Source of the DNA: Eledone cirrhosa
Lineage: Eukaryota
Direction: 5' to 3'
NCBI GenBank assembly: GCA_964016885.1
Contig: OZ024743.1
Location: 255,812,001 to 255,876,000, forward strand
DNA length: 64,000 nt
The translations under genes were made by a program, and so were the position numbers. This document shows, in pieces, positions 58,938 to 64,000 of the stretch. The number at the start of each line of letters is the position of its first letter. The stretch's first letter is position 1. The notes beneath the pieces are model-generated. The model saw nothing but the letters and a program-made list of their open reading frames with translations, made no database searches and was not told the DNA's origin.

Positions 58938-59771
58938 AAAGGTTTCTCTCTTAAAATGAAAGGCAGATGATTGTATGATGCCTGTATACGAACAGCAATG
59001 CTAGATGGCAGTGAGACATGGACATTGTATGCAGAGGACATCACAGACTCGAACGCAATGAAGCATGCATGCTCCGTTGGTTGTGTAATAGTAATATACG
59101 TGAACGGCAAAGCATAAATGAACTAATTGAGAAATTAGGAATAAGGGGGATCAGATGCTGTTTACTTGAGGGAAGACTACTTTGGTATGGTCACACGATG
59201 CGCATGAAAGACGACAGCTGTATAAAAAAGTGCAGGGCGATCAAAATTGATGGAAGGTACGGAGTAGGTAGACCCAAAAAAACCTGGGACGATTTGATAA
59301 ATTCCGACCTTACACACTTACACCTCTGTAAGACAATGTAACTGGACCGAGATCTTTGGCACTACGCAGTAATACAGAAGACCCGCCTTACCTAAATACA
59401 AAGCGAAACCTACAATCAGTAGGCACCTCTTAACCAAAAATACAACCCCATCCCCATCTACACCACCCTTTTTCTCTGTAAAGTTATGTTGGTACCACAA
59501 CATCCAGTCCTAAATAAATGAGGTTGTGTAGGTGTCACAACAAAAAAACACACAGTCCACGCTGTAATGTGACCGTGTAGGTAACACGGTAAAAACCTCC
59601 CAGTCCACACTGTAAACGTGGTTGGTGTTAGGAAGTGCATCCAGCCATAGAAAACCTGCCAGACTGTCCTATATGAGCAAGACAACCAATCTTGCCTCAA
59701 GTGGGACAATTCCCGTCTAAACACCTGCTAGCGTGGAAGATAGACGTTAAACGATGATGATGATGATGATG
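58938..59771 (+). mobile_element. RTE LINE subfamily 1, 3' fragment with 3'UTR and (ATG)n tail
   Basis: ORF 59018-59341. 3'UTR matches 1960-2340. Confidence 0.9.
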
Positions 59772-60946
59772 ATAGATATCTTCATCATCATCATTGTAGA
59801 GTTAATTGTCAGTATTTAAAAAAAAAGCATTAAGATCACATATATATATGTATGTACATACATATATGTATGTATGTACAATATCTAGATAGATAGATAT
59901 ATAGATAGATATTTGGTTAGATTTTATGTATGCACCAATGTAAAGATATGGAGACAGAAAAATATCTCTTTAAATATACATTAAGAAATACACAGACACA
60001 AGATGAAAAATACTGATGCCATATAAAGTAGAATAAGTTCTACTTCTTCCAAAGAACTTCCATAGCCTCCCAGACAAAACAGAATTTCTACTATCTTTAC
60101 ATAATTCTGCTGCCAGGCCTATAAAGAATGTGAAATGTTGAACCATATTTGAGATGGCAGTTACTTCAAACATTCTGATTTGCTTGTGGTAGAACTGTTG
60201 GCAGACTTACATCAGGGATAGTTCCAAAATAGCCGAGAATATTTTAATCCTAAGGGAACACCTTCTGAGGTTTTCCATCAAAATTGATTCTGGTTATCTT
60301 GATCTTCTTGATATCAAAGTTGTGAATTGGCTGACTTGTTAGAATTTTTAGAGTGTTGTATAGAATAGATTGTGCTATTTTTTCTGGCTCACTGCACTCT
60401 GAGTTCATATCTTACCCATGGTCAACATTACCTTTTATCCATTTGGGGATTGATGAAATAATGTATCAGTCCATTGCCCATCAAAATTGATTCTGGTCAA
60501 AACGGGCTCCTTAATATCAATTTGTAGCAAGCTGACAGAATTTTTAGAATGATGGATAAAATATAATTAGAGCAAAGTACAAAATGACTTGCATCTCGCT
60601 TTTTGTTCTAGCCCTTTACGCTCTGAGTTCAAATCCTGCATAGGTCAACATTGCCTTTCATGCTTTAGGAAGTTCAATACCATAAAGTATCAGTCCATGA
60701 TGAGAACATGTCAAAGAGTTACTATGCAATCATTTTGATGCCTTTGAAATACATATAACAGGATTATACAATAAATAGAGAATGTACATTTAAAACCGTC
60801 TCTCTTCTTTATAATATTGACACTTTGTTTGTAACCTTATTGATAATACTTTAAGGAACACAAGTCGTAGAGTGTTTTACGACTACTTTCAACTACAGCC
60901 GGTAGACTATTTGATCAAAGTTTGTTTACTTGAATGTATATATATA

Positions 60947-61076
<130 letters not shown>

Positions 61077-61084
61077 CATATATA

Positions 61085-61103
61085 TATTATCCCTATTTGT
61101 TTT

Positions 61104-61139
<36 letters not shown>

Positions 61140-61158
61140 AAAACAAATAGGGATAATA
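61085..61158. repeat. Hairpin: about 22-bp unique inverted arms around (TA)n
   Basis: ATTATCCCTATTTGTTTTCCT-(TA)n-AGGAAAACAAATAGGGATAAT. Confidence 0.85.
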
Positions 61159-61377
61159 TAATGTAAATAAATCATAATTGGTTTCTGGTGGCTAAATTGA
61201 ATGTTGACTCAATAAGCCAGAACTACAATTGCTTCTTTTGGGGTGGGCGGATAGAATAAGAAAATATGGGAAAAAAGTATCTACAATAAAGAAAAATCAA
61301 GAAAAACACCCTATACTAGAAAACCCAATGATAATAATAGTAATAATAATAATAATGTTAATGATAATAATAGTGCT

Positions 61378-62590
61378 TTCTTTATTAACCACAAGGGTTT
61401 ACATAAAGTAGACATTAAGGACAGTACAAGACAATATAGGACGGTACAAATGGGCATTTCTGCGTGTAAAAAACAAAAAAAAAACAGAGGATGTAATAAT
61501 AGAACAATAAAAAATTCCCCAATAGGGGGGAGACTTCCGAGGGTCATCGTGGAGAAAGCCCATTAAAAAAAGCCACGGTGACCATGGCAATTGTCCTCTC
61601 CCAGTTTTGCACCTTCAATTTACAGGCATATACTCAGAGTAGGTCCATTCACTCGGGCCATTCTTGCCTCTCTCACCCATCTTTCAACAAAAAGCTGGGA
61701 AGAGAGCACCTCCCTCACTACCCTGATTAATAATTGTTTCTACTTTTTGGCACAAGGCCAGCAATTATCCCAGTGCATTACTGGTACTTTATTTTATTGA
61801 CCCCCGTAAGGATGAAGGGCAAAGTTAACCTTGGTGGGATTTTATTATAAGAATAATAATAATGATATTGCCACCTCCAGTACTATCACATCTATCAACA
61901 CTACAACTGCCACTCTCAACACTGCTACCAACTCTGCAACTACCACCACCACTTGCATAATCCTACCAGAGTAAATGAAATAATAATAATGATATTAATG
62001 ATAATAATGATTTCTTTATTGGCCACAAGGACTGACATCAAGAAAAACATTACAGACGGCACAGGACGGTACATGACGGTACAATGTAAATATTTTTTAA
62101 TAATGTTTCCAAAGTGTTTACAAAAAATACAATAAGGACAGCACAGGATGGTACGATGTGGGTTTGTGCATGTAAAAATGAGTATAAAACAAAAACAAAG
62201 GATGTAACAAAAAAAAAATCAATGTAAAATTCCCCAAAAGGGGGGAGACTTCCATGGGTTACTCATGAAGAAAGCCCACAGAAGCTAGACTCACCTTGAC
62301 TGCCGGAGCAAGTGCCCTCTCCCAGGTATTCTCCCTCAATCTAAAGGCACTCACTCAGAGCCGTCCAATTCACTCAGGAAATTCTCATCTTTTTCACCTA
62401 CCTATCAACAAATTGTTTTGATCTACTCCATCCTGATTTTCCTTCTCAAGTGAAACCCGATTAAGTTTATCAGGGGGTCGCTGAAGAGAAAAGTGGCCAT
62501 CTTCAGCCCTTTCAGATGCGTCCAACATATGACCTCTTTTGCCTTGGCCACTAGACAGACAAAAAGAGCCTGCCTTCCTGGCTAAGGAAG
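61378..62590 (-). mobile_element. Two 3'-end fragments of a probable L1/Tx1-like LINE (61378-61725, 62012-62590) with a SINE fragment between
   Basis: Shared AAAATTCCCCAA-AGGGGGGAGACTTCC and GAAAGCCCA. Each is preceded by (AAT)n. The minus strand has decayed coding-like sequence. Clade assignment is tentative. Confidence 0.5.
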
Positions 62591-62629
62591 TTATAATATC
62601 ATCACTGCCACCAACATCAACACTTCAAC

Positions 62630-64000
62630 TCACATAACCAGCAATGTCACTACCAATACAACCTCTATGTCTACCACCACTGCTATTACCATTACCAACA
62701 CTACCTCTATGACTACCACCACCACTAACACTACCACAGCCAATACAATTGCCAACAATGCCTCTATGACTACCACCAATAACAGTACCACCACTGCCAT
62801 TACCACTACCAACACTACCTCTATGACTACCACCACCAACACTACCACCACTACCAACACCACCTCTAAGACTACCACCATCAACAGTACCACCACTGCC
62901 ATTACCACTAACAACACTACCTCTATGACTACCACCACCAACACTACCAACACCACCTCTAAGACTACCACCACCAACAGTACCACCACTGCCATTACCA
63001 CTACCAACACTACCTCTATGACTACCACCACCAACACTACCACCACTACCAACACCACCTCTATGACTACCACCATCAACAGTACCACCACTGCCATTAC
63101 CACTAACAACACTACCTCTATGAATACCACCACCAACACTACCACCACTGCCATTACCCCTAACAACACTACCTCTATGACTACCACCACCAACAGTACC
63201 ACCACTGCCATTACCACTACCAACACTACCTCTATGACTACCACCACCAACACTACCACCACTACCAACACCACCTCTATGACTACCACCATCAACAGTA
63301 CCACCACTGCCATTACCACTAACAACACTACCTCTATGAATACCACCACCAACACTACCACCACTGCCATTACCACTAACAACACTACCTCTATGACTAC
63401 CACCACCAACACTACCACCACTGCCATTACCACTACCAACACTACCTCTATGAATACCACCACCAACACTACCACCACTGCCATTACCACTACCAACACC
63501 ACCTCTATGACTACCACCATCAACAGTACCACCACTGCCATTACCACTAACAACACTACCTCTATGAATACCACCACCAACACTACCACCACTGCCATTA
63601 CCCCTAACAACACTACCTCTATGACTACCACCACCAACACTACCACCACTGCCATTACCACTACCAACACTACCTCTATGAATACCACCACCAACACTAC
63701 CACCACTGCCATTACCCCTAACAACACTACCTCTATGACTACCACCACCAACACTACCACCACTGCCATTACCACTACCAACACTACCTCTATGACTACC
63801 ACCACCAACACTACCACCACTGCCATTACCACTAACAACACTACCTCTATGACTACCACCACCAACAGTACCACCACTGCCATTACCACTACCAACACTA
63901 CCTCTATGACTACCACCACCAACACTACCACCACTGCCATTACCACTACCAACACTACCTCTATGACTACCACCACCAACACTACCACCACTGCCATTAC
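62630..64000. repeat. ACC-rich minisatellite, 57-bp unit with shorter variants, running off the window end
   Basis: Unit CTCTATGACTACCACCACCAACACTACCACCACTGCCATTACCACTACCAACACTAC, seen as a 19-aa period in ORF 62630-63997. Confidence 0.9.

Noticed and set aside
62630-63997. 455-aa Val-rich minus-strand ORF
   Set aside because: Antisense reading of the ACC-rich minisatellite.

Overview
AT-rich, microsatellite-dense eukaryotic DNA with no recognisable host gene. The repeat style resembles a cephalopod (octopus-like) intron or intergenic region, which is an inference. Almost all coding potential is retrotransposon-derived: about 10 truncated RTE-clade LINE copies whose reverse transcriptase (RT) carries an inserted C4HC3 PHD-type finger, other RTE, CR1 and L1/Tx1-like fragments, many tRNA-derived SINEs, and two large Penelope-like elements (PLEs, RT plus GIY-YIG). 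The main unexplained structure is a set of at least 9 sequence-unrelated head-to-head palindromic insertions (0.12-5 kb). Each sits in (TA)n and has a unique one-sided tail, and most carry a minimal type-I hammerhead ribozyme core in each arm, including U3-A8 covariant and long-stem-II forms. Three of them contain PLE protein sequence, which links the whole class to PLE 3' ends. One PLE insertion is also bracketed by an inverted copy of about 96 bp of its own left flank. Coordinates were read by eye and may be off by a few bases.
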